A stretch of 64,000 nucleotides of DNA, from the NCBI GenBank assembly GCA_030264375.1, contig JASCQW010000112.1:36556444-36620443 (forward strand), read 5' to 3'. The stretch comes from Carcharhinus longimanus. Its lineage: Eukaryota. A program made the position numbers and the translations under genes. The notes beneath the pieces were generated by a model that saw only the letters and a list, made by a program, of their open reading frames with translations, had not been told where the DNA came from and ran no database searches. Shown one piece after another: positions 1 through 12,578 of the stretch. Positions within the stretch are counted from its first letter, which is position 1, and each line of letters begins with the position of its first letter.

Positions 1-775
1 ACAAATGTGAGGTAATGCATTTTGGAAGGTCTAATACAGATAGGAAATATACAGTAAATGGCAGAACCCTTAAGAGTGTTGATAGGCAGAGGGATCTGGG
101 TGTACAGGTTCACAAGTCACTGAAAGTGATAACGCAGGCAGAGAAGGTGGTCAAGAAGGCATATGGCATGCTTGCCTTCATTGGCAGGGGCATTGAGTTT
201 AAAAATTGGCAAGTCATGTTGCAGTTTTATAGAATCTTAGGTAGGCCACACTTGGAATATAGTGTTCAATTCTGGTCGCCACACTGCCAGAAGGATGTGG
301 AGGCTTAGGAGAGAGTACAGAAAAGATTTACCAGGATGTTGCCTGGTAAGGAGGGCACTAGCTATGAGGAGAGGTTGGAGAAACTTGTTTTTTTCTCACT
401 GGAACAAAGGAGGTTGAGGGACAACCTGATAGAAGTCAACAAGATTATCAGGGGCATAGTCAGAAGCTTTTCCTCAGGGTGGAAGAGTCAATTACTAGGG
501 GGCATAGGCCTAAGGTGCGAGGAGCAAGGTTTAAATGAGATGTACAAGGCAAGTTTTTTTTACACAGAGAGAGGTGGGTGCATGGAACTCGTTGCCCGGG
601 TAGATAGTGGAAGCAAGTACAATAGCAATTTTTAAGGGACGTCTTGACAAATACATGAATAGGATGGGAATGGAGGGATATGGTCCCCGGAAAAGTAGGG
701 AGTTTTAGTTGAGTTGAGCAGCATGGTTGGTGCAGGCTTGGAGGGCTGAAGGGTCTGTTCCTGTGCTGTAATTTT
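1..775 (+). mobile_element. CR1/HER1-type LINE, 3' fragment (ORF2 C-terminus and 3' tail), degenerate
   Basis: Translations MHFGRSN...RDLGVQVHKSLKV...AYGMLAFIGRGIE...RPHLEYSVQFWSPH and SYEERLEKL.FFSLEQRRLR match the CR1 ORF2 C-terminus; in-frame stop and frameshifts present. Confidence 0.9.
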
Positions 776-2522
776 CTTTCCTCTTTGTAGGGTGATGCCA
801 AGGATACTATCATTGGGTTCAGCATGCAGAAAGTGAAAAAAAGATAAAACACAACATGTCCCCAGTCTTGATTACTACACAGGATTCCTGCTAGAAATCT
901 TGCATTGCATGTATCAGGACAATAATAAGTTTAATTACAGTATTCCCACATAGAACTAGTACTCACTGCACTCATACTTCAAAGAATGCTCTGAAAGGCA
1001 TGCTGCCAGGGGTCGTTGTTCCCACAGAACTTTAACCCAGAAAAAAGTCTATTTACAGGGGAGAGGAGTAATTCTAATTGTAAGAAACCATCTTACCATC
1101 ATATTTTCTATTAAGAAACGCATATTACTGTAAAGTATTTTAAATTAATATTCCCAAACTCATCATAATAACTTTCTTAAATGGAGAATTCAATCACCAT
1201 CTGAACACTGATCACACCAGCCAAGTAAAAATGCTTCTGACAACCTTTTACGCATCGCACATATATATGTGGAGCAGAATGCTGAATACATATGTATAAA
1301 ATGAAAATAAAGTCAAACAATGAGGAGAGGAGAAGAACAGCAGAGGGCAATATCTTAAAGAACAATGTTTGGCAATGGGCTCAAGACCTAGTCAGTCTAA
1401 ACAAACGAACAGAACAATGGTGACTAGTTGAGAACAAAAAATAATCAAAATTGCATATTACATTTGCTACAGTTGCATCCACATCATTGGAAGGATTTGG
1501 CTTGCTCAGTTAAGTGGCCGTTAAACTTTACATTTTTGAGTAAATGATGATTGTTTGAATGAAGCGCAAAGAAAATAAATTGCTTTCACTGCTTATGATT
1601 TAATGGAATAGTTCAGCTTTTGAACATTCTGGTCGTCTAACTTCCACTTCAATTGCTTGCCATAAGATGTGATCAATTTTGTGTAGGATTGTTGTGCACT
1701 TTGATGAATAAGTGAGATTATCTCATCAGAAAAGTGACCCTCATCACCTTCACACCCCAAGGTATGCTGATGTTGCCTGTATTTTTCAGCACTATAAATC
1801 AGTCATGATCACAGTCCCTTATTTTTTCAAATACTAATTCGCTCTCCCTCTGTCACTCAGTACTTCATAGCTGATGAACTACCTTTGAAAATTAAACACT
1901 AACAGTATTGTGTAAGTGAAGATAGCAACTAATTTCTGTATAGCATGGAGCCATAAACTACAAAGTTAACTTCCTTTGGTGAAAATTGAGGGATACATGT
2001 TGGTCAGATCAGGACAACTACTCTTGAAAAATAATACCACTCTGCGTTAAGGTAGGCAAAGTGCCACTGTTGACCACTATTCCACAACATGTATGGGTGT
2101 TCAGGAAAGGGAAGTGAAAAAATATACTTATTTCTAGCAGTGGTAAAATGCCAATTGGAAAGGTTGATGCTATCTGTATCAAATAATGTGCAAGTTTAGC
2201 TTCTGACCTTTCATTTGATACGCAGCAGTTGTATGAAAGGTATCAAAAGAAAGCATGAAATATCATGATTCAATACAAGATGGTGGGACTCATTTCTCTG
2301 AGTCACAGCTATCAATGGCAGCTCATTTCTATTATGTTTTTATATTTCCAGTTAATAAACAAAAATAGCTTGCATGTTGACAACTAAGGAAACCTGAACA
2401 TATCACACCTACTTCTACTAAAAAGTTAGGAATATTATTTACAAGTATACGACTATTTGCTCCTGTCAATTTCACTTTTATTGGCATTAACTCAGTTTAA
2501 AACAGAACAATAACATACTTAC

Positions 2523-2597
2523 AATAATACATTTGCTACTATTGCATCCACATCAAATAATGTATCAGTTGCAAAACTCCGAAGCATTATATTACCC
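2523..2597 (-). CDS. TXNDC16: TXNDC16 coding exon 4 (75 nt; (R)GNIMLRSFATDTLFDVDAIVANVL(F)); gene continues beyond the window start
   Basis: Flanked by tttctctttaatag acceptor and gtaagt donor; matches human [25 protein letters not shown]; phase compatible with the preceding exon. Confidence 0.9.
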
Positions 2598-3250
2598 CTA
2601 TTAAAGAGAAAAGAAACAAACATGTTTCAGTTAGCAATTTTCAATACAGAGTTACATATTTCACCTGTTTTTATAATTGAAACTATATGAAACATCAAAG
2701 TTAACTGTGACAGAGAACAGAACTAGGAGTAAGACATTTCAGCAAATGGAGCCACAATCAACCATAGGTCTTGTTAACTGTTACTGTACATTTCCTCAGT
2801 CACATTTAGGGTTCCACTATAGGTTATCTTGCATAATAAGGAACAAAGAGAAAATGTGAGGTGCATTCAGAAATGGAGGCAAGACGTTTTAGGGAAAAAG
2901 AGATTTATTCTGGGTGTGCCAAATATTTGACCTATGCGAAAACTCATCACTACGATTAAAGGTCTCCAAATCAAGATACTGAGAAATACACAAAAGGTTC
3001 CATTTACCCAACATGGTGTACAAGAGTAGTGGGGTGCATATTCCTGGAGGGCCACAAAAAGCCACTTATTAAATGCTATAGAACGTACACAAAAGCCAAG
3101 GGTTAGGGATGATTTATGTGTGCGTGTGTGCACATGTGTACTGCTAGTACTCATCCACACTGGAAATCATTTCTCTCCTTCTCCAGATAAGACTACCTTA
3201 TCTTTAAAAGAATTGACAGAGTTATCTGAGGCTAGTCGAATGGGCTAGTG

Positions 3251-3322
3251 GGTTCCATGGTGTAATGGTTAGCAATTTGGACTCTGAATCCAGTGATCCG
3301 AGTTCAAATCTCAGTGGGACCT
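3251..3322 (+). tRNA. tRNA-Gln(CTG), probable pseudogene
   Basis: GGTTCCATGGTGTAATGGTTAGC...GACTCTGAATCCAG...GTTCAAATCTC...GGACCT with anticodon CTG at 3284-3286. Five differences from the canonical vertebrate tRNA-Gln-CTG as recalled, giving a D-stem and a T-stem mismatch; no oligo-T terminator directly after. Confidence 0.8.
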
Positions 3323-3452
3323 TGTTATGGCCGNNNNNNNNNNNNNNNNNNNNNNNNNNNNNNNNNNNNNNNNNNNNNNNNNNNNNNNNNNNNNNNNNNN
3401 NNNNNNNNNNNNNNNNNNNNNNNNNNNNNNNNNNNNNNNNNNNNNNNNNNNN

Positions 3453-3607
3453 ATTGGCCATGCTAAATTGCCCCTTAGTGTCAGGGGGACTAGCTAGGGT
3501 GAATGCATGGGGTTATGGGGCTACGGTCTAGGGGGGGATTGTGGTCAATGCCGACTTGATGAGTTGAATAGCCTCCTTCTGCATTGTAGGATTCTATGAT
3601 ACTATGA
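3453..3607 (+). mobile_element. HE1-type SINE, 3' part (5' part lies in the N gap)
   Basis: attggccatgctaaattgccccttagtgtc core and ...ctgcattgtaggattctatga tail; similar copies at 17263, 32655 and 43420. Confidence 0.7.
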
Positions 3608-4304
3608 ATACCAGCAATAATGTCATGTTGATCCCATGAATCTCATCAATGAACCAATCATACAATCATCACAGGACATTCTAAAGCACCTCACAATTAA
3701 CAAAGTATTTCCCTGAACCAGGAAATGGACTGTTCTCTAAGTTCTAATTTAGCTCATTCAGACAATCTTAAATTGGCTGAGTATAAATCTGATCATAATG
3801 AGGATTGTTTCATTGTTGTCCAATTGTTAAGTTGCACCTAATCACATGTTGTGCTAACTACACTGAAAATCAGTTTAAGATGGTCAGTCAGGCTCATGTG
3901 TAGTTCACTTATGTGTGCTAGAAGCCACATCTATTCACACTCAGAACCCTGTTCTTTGCAGATAAAAGGAACATGTCTATACTTTGTACCTTTTTCAACT
4001 AAACAAAAACTGTTGAATGTTCATTCTCCATGGTGATGCCTCCACCAGAGTCCACTTCCCAACCAATCGGACTCACTTCTCAGGCAGTAAAATTGTTATT
4101 CCCTTGTTACAGTTCGGTCATTTCTTGTGAGCAAACTGATAAGTGCACGATGAAAAGCTTTGATAGCATGTCCCCAATTTCAGCAAATTTTATTAACAGT
4201 TTATCGTGCACACAATCACTATGAAATGATTGTATTGCCACCAACTTCCTTATTACAGCATAGACATATGTCCAATAAAACTGATGCTGTAGGTATAACA
4301 TATA

Positions 4305-4961
4305 GGGTGGAATTTTTCTGCTCCGCTGTGCTGGTGGGAGTAGTATAGCAGGGCAGAAAGGGTGCAAGGCTGATTTAAATACTTATTAGCCTATTTTAAT
4401 TAGCGAGCTCGGGACACAATAATTTGGGCTCACTTAACTTTCTGACCTCACCAGTGGAGGTCCTCACCAGCAAGGATCACAGATGGTTCCCACCAACTGG
4501 AACTAGATGTGATGGCCTCAGGACCGGATGTCATTGAAACCCCTAGATGCTGGGCAGGGCATGGTAACTGGCATCTGGAACTGTCCATCGGGCACCCAGC
4601 AGTGCCGAGGGGATGGAGCCTGAGGGAATGAAGCCTAATTTGGGAAGGGGGTAGGGGAAGGATTATGCAAATGGGGGGTGTCAGCTGGTCAGAATGGGGC
4701 AGCAATTGAGGGTTGGGGGTGGAGATCAACAATTTTCCCAATGTAGGGCATCTGTGCAATAGCACTCCGAGCAATCTGCAGCTGGATTCCCAGTGTGAAT
4801 CAGCTCTGCTCACCCTCCCCTGGAGGAATCACATTACAGCCTCTGTATTGCACGGACTGCCATAAATTACCATGACTTGCCTCACTGGAAAAAAAAGGCG
4901 AGAAAACTTCCCGTTTTCTTGCCCGTTCAACACTTAGAATTTTTCTGAGAAAATTCCACCC
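4305..4961. mobile_element. Non-autonomous DNA transposon/MITE-like element (Harbinger-like TIRs)
   Basis: Terminal inverted repeats gggtggaatttt...aaaattccaccc bound a GC-richer segment with no credible ORF. Confidence 0.5.
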
Positions 4962-6649
4962 ATTGTCTCTCTGCAATCCATGGTAAACAATGAGTCGTGG
5001 CAAAATCGCCATTTTCTTGTTTCCAACCTCCTAAGAGCAAGTGCCCATCCCTCAACAATCAAACCCCTCCACCCCCCCCCCCCCCCCCACCAAAACTCCA
5101 GCACAATCCCAGATGTTGTCTCAAGCCATTGTTTACAGAGGAGCCAAAATAAGATGCATCCATCTTGAGGGCCAAGGAAAAACCTGTAGATCATCTGCCA
5201 TTATGCCTGCTATTTTGATGTCTTAGATATCTAAATTGAGCGTGCCATTCCATTAGCAACTGTTCAATTCATGTTTTCATGTAAGCAGTTTTGAAAAAGA
5301 TATGCCATTGTAAGATTAACACTCCTCTGAGGGTGCTGAGTCAACATTAGCTAACAGCCTTCCTCTCCACCTGATTTCACAAATGCACTTCACAACTCAG
5401 TAATGGTCTTGTTCATGAACTTAATGGTTGAATGAAAACTCTTTTTATTGTTGCTTCATCAGCTCAAGTTTAACCAGCATCAGGACTTTGCAGTGACAGA
5501 AGCAAGATGAAAAAGATCACAGCACTCTTCACTAGGATCCTGAACTATATTCGTCAACCAGGACCTGATTTCAGGCCAATAATCTTTCTACCTGCAAATC
5601 AATATTTTTGCCATCCCTCTTCAATCGTGGAAAGGTTATATATAGCACTGGAAATATGACAGCTGACCTTACCAATTAACCTGTTCAGGATGGTGAATTA
5701 AGAATAACAGCTTGGACCCAATCCAACTCTCCCAGCAACTGTCATGATCTGAAAATTATGCCATGCGGCCTGCAATAGATAAACAATTACCCTTTTGCTA
5801 CAATATTTCATAATTGAGTTTGCGGGAGCTGTCCATCACCAAGCCTGTTCACTTGACAAAAAGAAAGACATAAAGCTACAAGTTTATATAATCCAGGATA
5901 AAATTAACATCCAAATTTAAAATGCCAAATTTACATAATACCTGAAAATGTCTCAAAAGTAATAAAGCATATAAAATCTTGTGCTTCAGAATCTTAATTT
6001 TGACAAATGTAACCTGGGCACATTCTTCACTCAATAAAGAATTGTAATGAAGCAGAGGAATCCCAGAATTGGGTGATCCAGTTAAATTTACACTGTTTCT
6101 AGGATCCTTCACACATCATTGTAGTAGCAATCACTTCATATTAGACATTTAAATGTTATTTATCACTTCTTTATTTTAAATAAACTATAATTCAGATTTT
6201 CCTGTGTTCAAATTCTTTTGACATTTGATAATATAACAAAAATATCTGTGATTTTCAAATAGCTTAGCACTACTACACAACAAGCATATATATCAACGGC
6301 TCAAAAACATGACTGAAATTAACTTGCCAGCAGAGACAATCAACAGCACAAGCCACACCTCTCTAAACTGAGATTGCTCCCCAGATTATGACAATTTCCC
6401 CAATTAAGATGGCAATAAGGATACCAAACCTACCTCAGCATCCTTGATCTAAAGAAAATATATTTAGTAAAGTTTTATAGTCCTAGTCATTATGTCAAGG
6501 TGCCTGCTGGAAAGTTTGCTTATATACACATTTTAGGAGTAGAGATCATGCTCAAATAATCTGTGGTCGGTCATTAGGTTCACTCATAAAGAAAGCTAGC
6601 AAGGAGAAAGTATTGGTAGATGGCTAGTGCTCATGAATTACATCCTAGA

Positions 6650-8700
6650 GTTATAGAATCATAAATCATAAGAGTCTCTAAGAGGCAGAAGAAGGCCAGT
6701 TGGTCTGTCGAGGTCATGCCAGCTTTCTTTGGAGCAATCCTGATGATCCTTGATTCTGGCCCTCAATTTTGATGAAAAGTCAAAGAACTGAAATGTTAAT
6801 ATTGATTTTCTCTCCACAGATGCTGCTGCGTATTTACAACATACTCTGTTTTTATTATAACCAGTCCTATTCCCCCATTCTATCCCTATAGCCCTGAAAG
6901 TTTATTTCCCTCAAGTGGCCATCCAATCTTAGTGAAATCAGTAATCATTTTGGCTTTCACCACCCTCATAGGATAGTACCGGTACCTATGAAAAAAAGTT
7001 CCTCACATTCGCCCCCGTATCTTCCTAAATTGCAGTCACCTTATATGGATGTCATACACCAGTTGTGGCCTAACCAGAAATGCATGGAGGCTCAAGTTAA
7101 CTTTCCTGCTTTCATACTCAATATCTTAATTTATTAAGCCCAATATCTCACATGCTTTACTAACAACTCTCTCAATTTGTCCCATCACTTTCAAAGGTCT
7201 ATGTAAATAAACCTCCAGGTTTTTCTGTCTCTGCACACTCTTTAGAACTATGTGACCGAGTTTATATTACCTCTCCCTCTCCCTTCTGCAAATTGCATCA
7301 CCTCACACTTCTCTGCATTAAATTCCATCTGTTGCTTGTTTGCCCATTCTCCTACAATATCCTATCTATGACTTATTGCAGTCGATTAGTATTATTCTTA
7401 CTGTTTGTCACACCTCCATGCTTGGTATCATTGACAAATTTTGAAATATTACTCTGTATTCCAATATGCAAGTTTTTTATCGGAAAAAAGCAATGACCCT
7501 CGCACTGATCCTTAGGGAACACCACATTCTACCATCGTCCAGGCTGATAAAGAATCACATACACAACTCACTGTTTTTTTTAACATGACTTTTTTTTAAT
7601 CTTTCAACCAATTTTTTTATCCAAGCTGACACTGACCACCCTATGCCATAAGCCTCAATTTTGTTAACCAGTCTTTTATACGCTACTCTGTAATAGTTTG
7701 ATAAAATCCTTATAGTCAACATCCAATACATTCTCTTCAAGAATCTTTTCTGTTACTTAATCAAAAAATTCAATTAGTCAAATATGATCTGCCTTTTAAA
7801 AATCCTTGCTGACTCTCATTTTATTAACATAAGAATATAAGTAATAGGAGCAGGAGGAGGCCATCTAGCCCCTCGAGCCTGCCCCGCCATTTAATAAGAT
7901 CATGGTTGATCTGAAGTGGCTCAGTTCCACTTTCCCGCTTTCTCCCCATAACCCTTAATTCCCTTGCCTNNNNNNNNNNNNNNNNNNNNNNNNNNNNNNN
8001 NNNNNNNNNNNNNNNNNNNNNNNNNNNNNNNNNNNNNNNNNNNNNNNNNNNNNNNNNNNNNNNNNNNNNGCCCTGATATTATCCTTAATTAACAGAGCTA
8101 CCCCACCCCCTTTTTCCTCCCGTCTATCCTTCCTAAACACTTGATATCCCTGGACATTCAGCTCCCAGTCCCTGTCACCCTGCAACCACTTCTCTGTGAT
8201 TAACTCCAACTTCCCCAAGTCCTGTTAATTTTTTTCATTGATCATTGTTTTTAAACTGACCAGCCTGTAGTTATTAGAAATGTCCTTACATCGTTCCTTG
8301 AACAAGGGTGTCCGATTTCCCATTCTCCAATTCTTTGTCATCTCCTCCATCTCTACAGAAGATTAAATGATTAAAACAAGTCTTTCTGCTATCTCCACTC
8401 CAACTTCCTTTAGCGACCTGGGATACAAGCCAACTGCACCCGACAACTTATCCACTCCAATAATAGCCAGTCTTTCTAGTAAATCCTGTCCATCAATTTT
8501 CACCTCATCCATTACTACTCATCGTTTCAGCTACTACTGATACTTTGTCAACATGTTCTTTCTTAGAGAACACTGATACAAAGTACTTACTACGTAATCT
8601 AGCCTTGTCCTGTGTGCTAGGCATCTATCATCTTTTTCTCTAATAGATCCCACCCTACCTCTTACTCCCACGTACTAGAAGAAGATTTTCAGGTTCCCTT
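6650..8700 (-). mobile_element. Old CR1-type LINE fragments (minus), interrupted by a young CR1 copy
   Basis: Minus-strand similarity to CR1 RT (e.g. KRLVNKIEAYGIGWSVSAWIK; plus-strand tgcatcacctcacacttctctgcattaaattcc). Boundaries approximate. Confidence 0.7.
7828..8198 (-). mobile_element. Young CR1 LINE (3' tail, gap, endonuclease-domain fragment)
   Basis: 3' tail cataagaa...aggagcagg..ggccatctagcccctcgagcctgccccgcc on the left; APE-domain WLQGDRDWELNVQGYQVFRKDRREEKGGGVALLIK on the right; 100-N gap between. Confidence 0.8.
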
Positions 8701-9109
8701 TTATGTTAACTGCCATTGTATTCTCATACTCTCTCATTGCCAGTCTTATTTTCCTCATTACTTCCCCTCAGCTTACTGTATTTAGCTTGATTCTCTCTTG
8801 AATAATTCACCTGACCTGCATCATTCGCCGTTTTATTGTTCATCATCAAAGGAGCCCTGGTTTTGGTTCCCCTTCTTGTTGAAATGTACTGAGTCTATGT
8901 TTAAATATGAGTTCCTTAAAGATCACTGTTACACCTTGAGAAGAACCAATATCAGCAACATTTCTCAAATAGCATCCTCCTTACATTCCTAACAGATTTA
9001 TCATATAAACTGCAAAAGAAATTTTTTAAAAAGTGCGAGTCAAAGCAAATAATAGAAATAAAAACTTTGATAGTTGACGTAAAAAAATTATAAACATATG
9101 CTAATTTAC

Positions 9110-9183
9110 CTGAAAAGATAAGCTTTCTTCAGGACATCTTCATTTTCACAATATTTTGGCACTTTTTCTGTGGCACAGTTAAC
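9110..9183 (-). CDS. TXNDC16: TXNDC16 coding exon 3 (74 nt; VNCATEKVPKYCENEDVLKKAYLF(R))
   Basis: tttttgtag acceptor and gtaaat donor; matches human VNCVKEEISRYCGKEKDLMKAYLFK. Confidence 0.9.
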
Positions 9184-9986
9184 CTACAAAAAGGGGCAGA
9201 GCATTTTAATGGGATAATAAAACACAGCAAATGATTATAAACCTAACACTGCCTTTGTTTAAACACTGTTTTATCAACAAAAATTGCTCTGCCAATTTTT
9301 TCCTCCTCTCCTCTGTAGATCTGGACCACACAGCTGATAGTTTTTTTTTGGACAATTCTTCAGGATGTTGGCATTGTGGACAACTGTAGCATTTAGTGCC
9401 CAATCTTGACTGTGCTCAAGAAGGTGGACGGCCTTCTTCTTCTATCACTGCAGTAGATGTAGCAGACCTTCATTAGGAAAGTTATTTTCCTGGAGCCTCT
9501 TAATTTTTTAGCACCTTCTCTGCTTCAGCTTATTATTAGACGCAGCTGCACCCAAATCTCAGCAACAGCATGATAAGATTGACATAAAAGCAACCCAGCC
9601 AGCACTGCCACTGTTTGTCATTCTCAGCAAGCATCTTCTAATCAGTACCTCCATGATGCTTGAGCTTTAAAACATGAGGGTGTACAGCATGGATGAATAA
9701 ATGAATCAGTACCAACAACCTTGTAGAACAGCCAGCAGAGTTGCAAGTTAATGCACCACTGTAATAACAATATAATTCTATTTCTACTTGCATTGTTTTA
9801 TATTATTTCTATTAATATTTTGCTAGATTTTGCTAAAAGAATTAAGATAGAACTGAGCTTTTCTTCCCACGGCCCTCATTTTTGCATATTGCATCTCAAA
9901 ATGGTATGCAAGCCATCCAAGACAGCTCTCAATGACAGGTCATGTTTTAAAAGTAAAAACATCCAAGAGAAGAAATTTTAATTCAC

Positions 9987-10069
9987 CTGAGCCACCGTAA
10001 TGCCATACTCTTCAAGTGATTCTGAAGATTTTTCTAGTTGTTGAAGGAAATGTCTGATTGACGGGTTGG
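9987..10069 (-). CDS. TXNDC16: TXNDC16 coding exon 2 (83 nt; (T)NPSIRHFLQQLEKSSESLEEYGITVAQ)
   Basis: atttcag acceptor and gtgaat donor; matches human FLEELNEAVRPLQDYGISVAK; phase 1 to 0. Confidence 0.88.
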
Positions 10070-12421
10070 CTGAAATGTAGAAACAAATAATGATTTTAGT
10101 GTTTTGACCTGAATATTTCTTTTTGTGAGCAATAGTGGGCAACCTGCTGTCTGTGGACAACATGCAATTCAACTGGGTTCTGAGTGCGACCCACAAAACA
10201 TTCTGTTGACCACTGCCCACATGCAGGGTTGCCACATTCTGCTGATTTCCATCCACAGTTTTTTTCCCTACCAGTATGGCTGAAGTGATACACATGTAAA
10301 GCAAGGGCAATAGAAGTGAGGTGCATGCTACTTGCACACAACATCGACTGTAAGAGCTATGCACTCCACCTGTGTCCAAAGCATAAATATTTATTTTGCT
10401 TTTACCATTTGAAGTTGATGATAGTTCTATTAATATAAAAATGATTAAGCATTTTCTAAAATTCACAGTTAGCGAACAAGCCTGATTACAACTTGCAGAA
10501 CGATGAGATGAAGGAGTGTCACTAAGGCAGCCCATTCACTAGCCTATTCACTCATCACTGTTCTAAAAAATTTGGTAGATCAAAGATAAACAAAGACTAA
10601 CATTCTGCCTTGCTCTTAAACTAGCTTTACTGGTCCTAACTGTTTTTAATAAGTGAGAAAAGGGATGACAAAAAAAAGGTGCCTTTCATGTTCTCAAAAT
10701 ATTCCGCAGCAAAGTGCTTTTTAGTAATAATCAGAGACAACGAATATATGCACAAAAAGCCACGTAAACTGCAGTGAGATGAATAACCAGATAAACTCTT
10801 TAGGTGGGGCTAGTTCATAAACAAATAGTCCCAATGTGTTTCTCAGCAACAGGATCAAACAAATTTGATACTGAGCATGAACAACAACAATTTGAATTTA
10901 TTTAAAATCTTGAACATAATAAAATGTTCCAAGATGCTTCAAAGCAACATTATCAAACAAAGCCTGACAGTGAGCCACAGAAGATAATTTTAGGGTAGAT
11001 GACTAAAAGCTTTGTCAAAAAGGTAGGCTTTAAGGAATGCCTTAAGGGAGGAAAATGAAGTACAGACATGAAGACGTTTAAGGAGAGATTCCAGTGCTAA
11101 GCACTGTGGCAGCCGAAAACACAGCCACCATTGATGCAGCAATTAAAACAGTGATGTTCAAGGGACCAGAGTTGAAGGAGCAAAGATATTTTGGAAAGTG
11201 TACGCCTGGAGAGATAACCAAATTATGGACGGAAAAGGCTACAGAGAGACTTGAAAACAAGGATGAGAATTTTAAAATTGAGGTCCCAGATGTGCACCTG
11301 AGGGCACAGGGGTGATACATGTACCAGACTTGGTGTAAGTTAGGTTAAAAGAAGCAGAGTTTTGGTTGAGTTGAAGTTTATAGAGGGTGGAAAATACAAG
11401 GCAGCCAAGAGTGCATAGGAATTGTCAGACACTGATACAAATAGCAACATGGGAACTTACACATTGCTTAAATGGGTGCACAGGAACTCAATTTAATGTC
11501 TCATCAACAGGCATCGTCTCTGACAATGCAGCATACTCTCAATCCTGTTTTGAACATCAGCCCAAATTATGTACTCGTGATCATACAGTCTTATGACTCA
11601 GGCGAGTGTGCAACAACTGAGCCAATACAAAGCAAGGACAGGAAAAGGAAATGATAAAAATTATCATCGTCCACATAATGTGTTAGATAACATATGTGGT
11701 TTATCATGACAATATATATATCAACCACATTGTTTCAGTGTTCAATTAATTGAAATAAAACTGAAATGAGTATTACAATTAGGCAGGATAATTCTAAAAC
11801 AAAACTCAAATTAGAAGCTACATTGATCCTTTTCAAGTGGTTATTACTGTCCAGTCAAGAGGCAAAAAAAACTGTACATTTTTTCTGGGACTTAAAATTC
11901 AATTTAAAGATAAAACAAAGAAAGATTGAGTTATTTTTTGAATTTGATTTATGCACTTCAAGATTAGGTATGTCAGTCCTAAACTTTAGAGCATTTTTCT
12001 GATTTATTATATTTATGTTTTAGAAACAAGCATCGCAAATCAGGTACAGTGCAGTTTTGATGCAGAATAAACCTCCTTATACATTATCTCAACAATGATC
12101 CTTAAAGTCAATCTTGGAAAAGTACCACACCAGTGACAGAGTGCCATTTTTTATTCCTACAATAAGAAATGGTACTCTGGCCTTTGTGAGAGATTTTTAA
12201 TTTAGTAATAAGTAGTTCAGAATCATGAGCAGCATACCATATAATCTCAGCGACAATCAGCAAAGGTATAACTTAGATCAAGCCAAGATGATTAGTGTTA
12301 CCTGGTATGTCCAAAACAAGGAAAATGAGCTTCTAAACATATTACGACGGATACAAAAACAAAGTTTTACTTTTAATGCAGCATTCTGTTCCACATATTC
12401 CCCAAGCTAGTGAATACTTAC

Positions 12422-12578
12422 TTGTTCTTTTGAAGTATATTAAAGAAGCTTTTCCTGACTGTAGAATATTGACAAAATGTTGCTGATTTAATGTGTGTAA
12501 TGTTTTCATACCATCAGCAGCATTAAAATAACCAGCATATAATAAAATTAAACCAAGATAGGTATGCCATTGGTCCAT
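12422..12578 (-). CDS. TXNDC16: TXNDC16 first coding exon (157 coding nt; signal peptide MDQWHTYLGLILLYAG...LQSGKASLIYFKRT); acceptor at about 12663
   Basis: ATG at 12578, hydrophobic signal-like N-terminus, similarity to human LQPGKASLAYF, gtaagt donor at 12421; upstream ttcttttttccag acceptor at 12664-12665. Confidence 0.85.

Noticed and set aside
5069-5088. Poly-C/poly-G tracts (also about 14110, 15706 and 32461)
   Set aside because: Simple homopolymers, common in such assemblies and prone to length error.
9978-10535. 185-aa minus-strand ORF
   Set aside because: Only the 83-nt TXNDC16 exon near its end is coding; the rest is intron.
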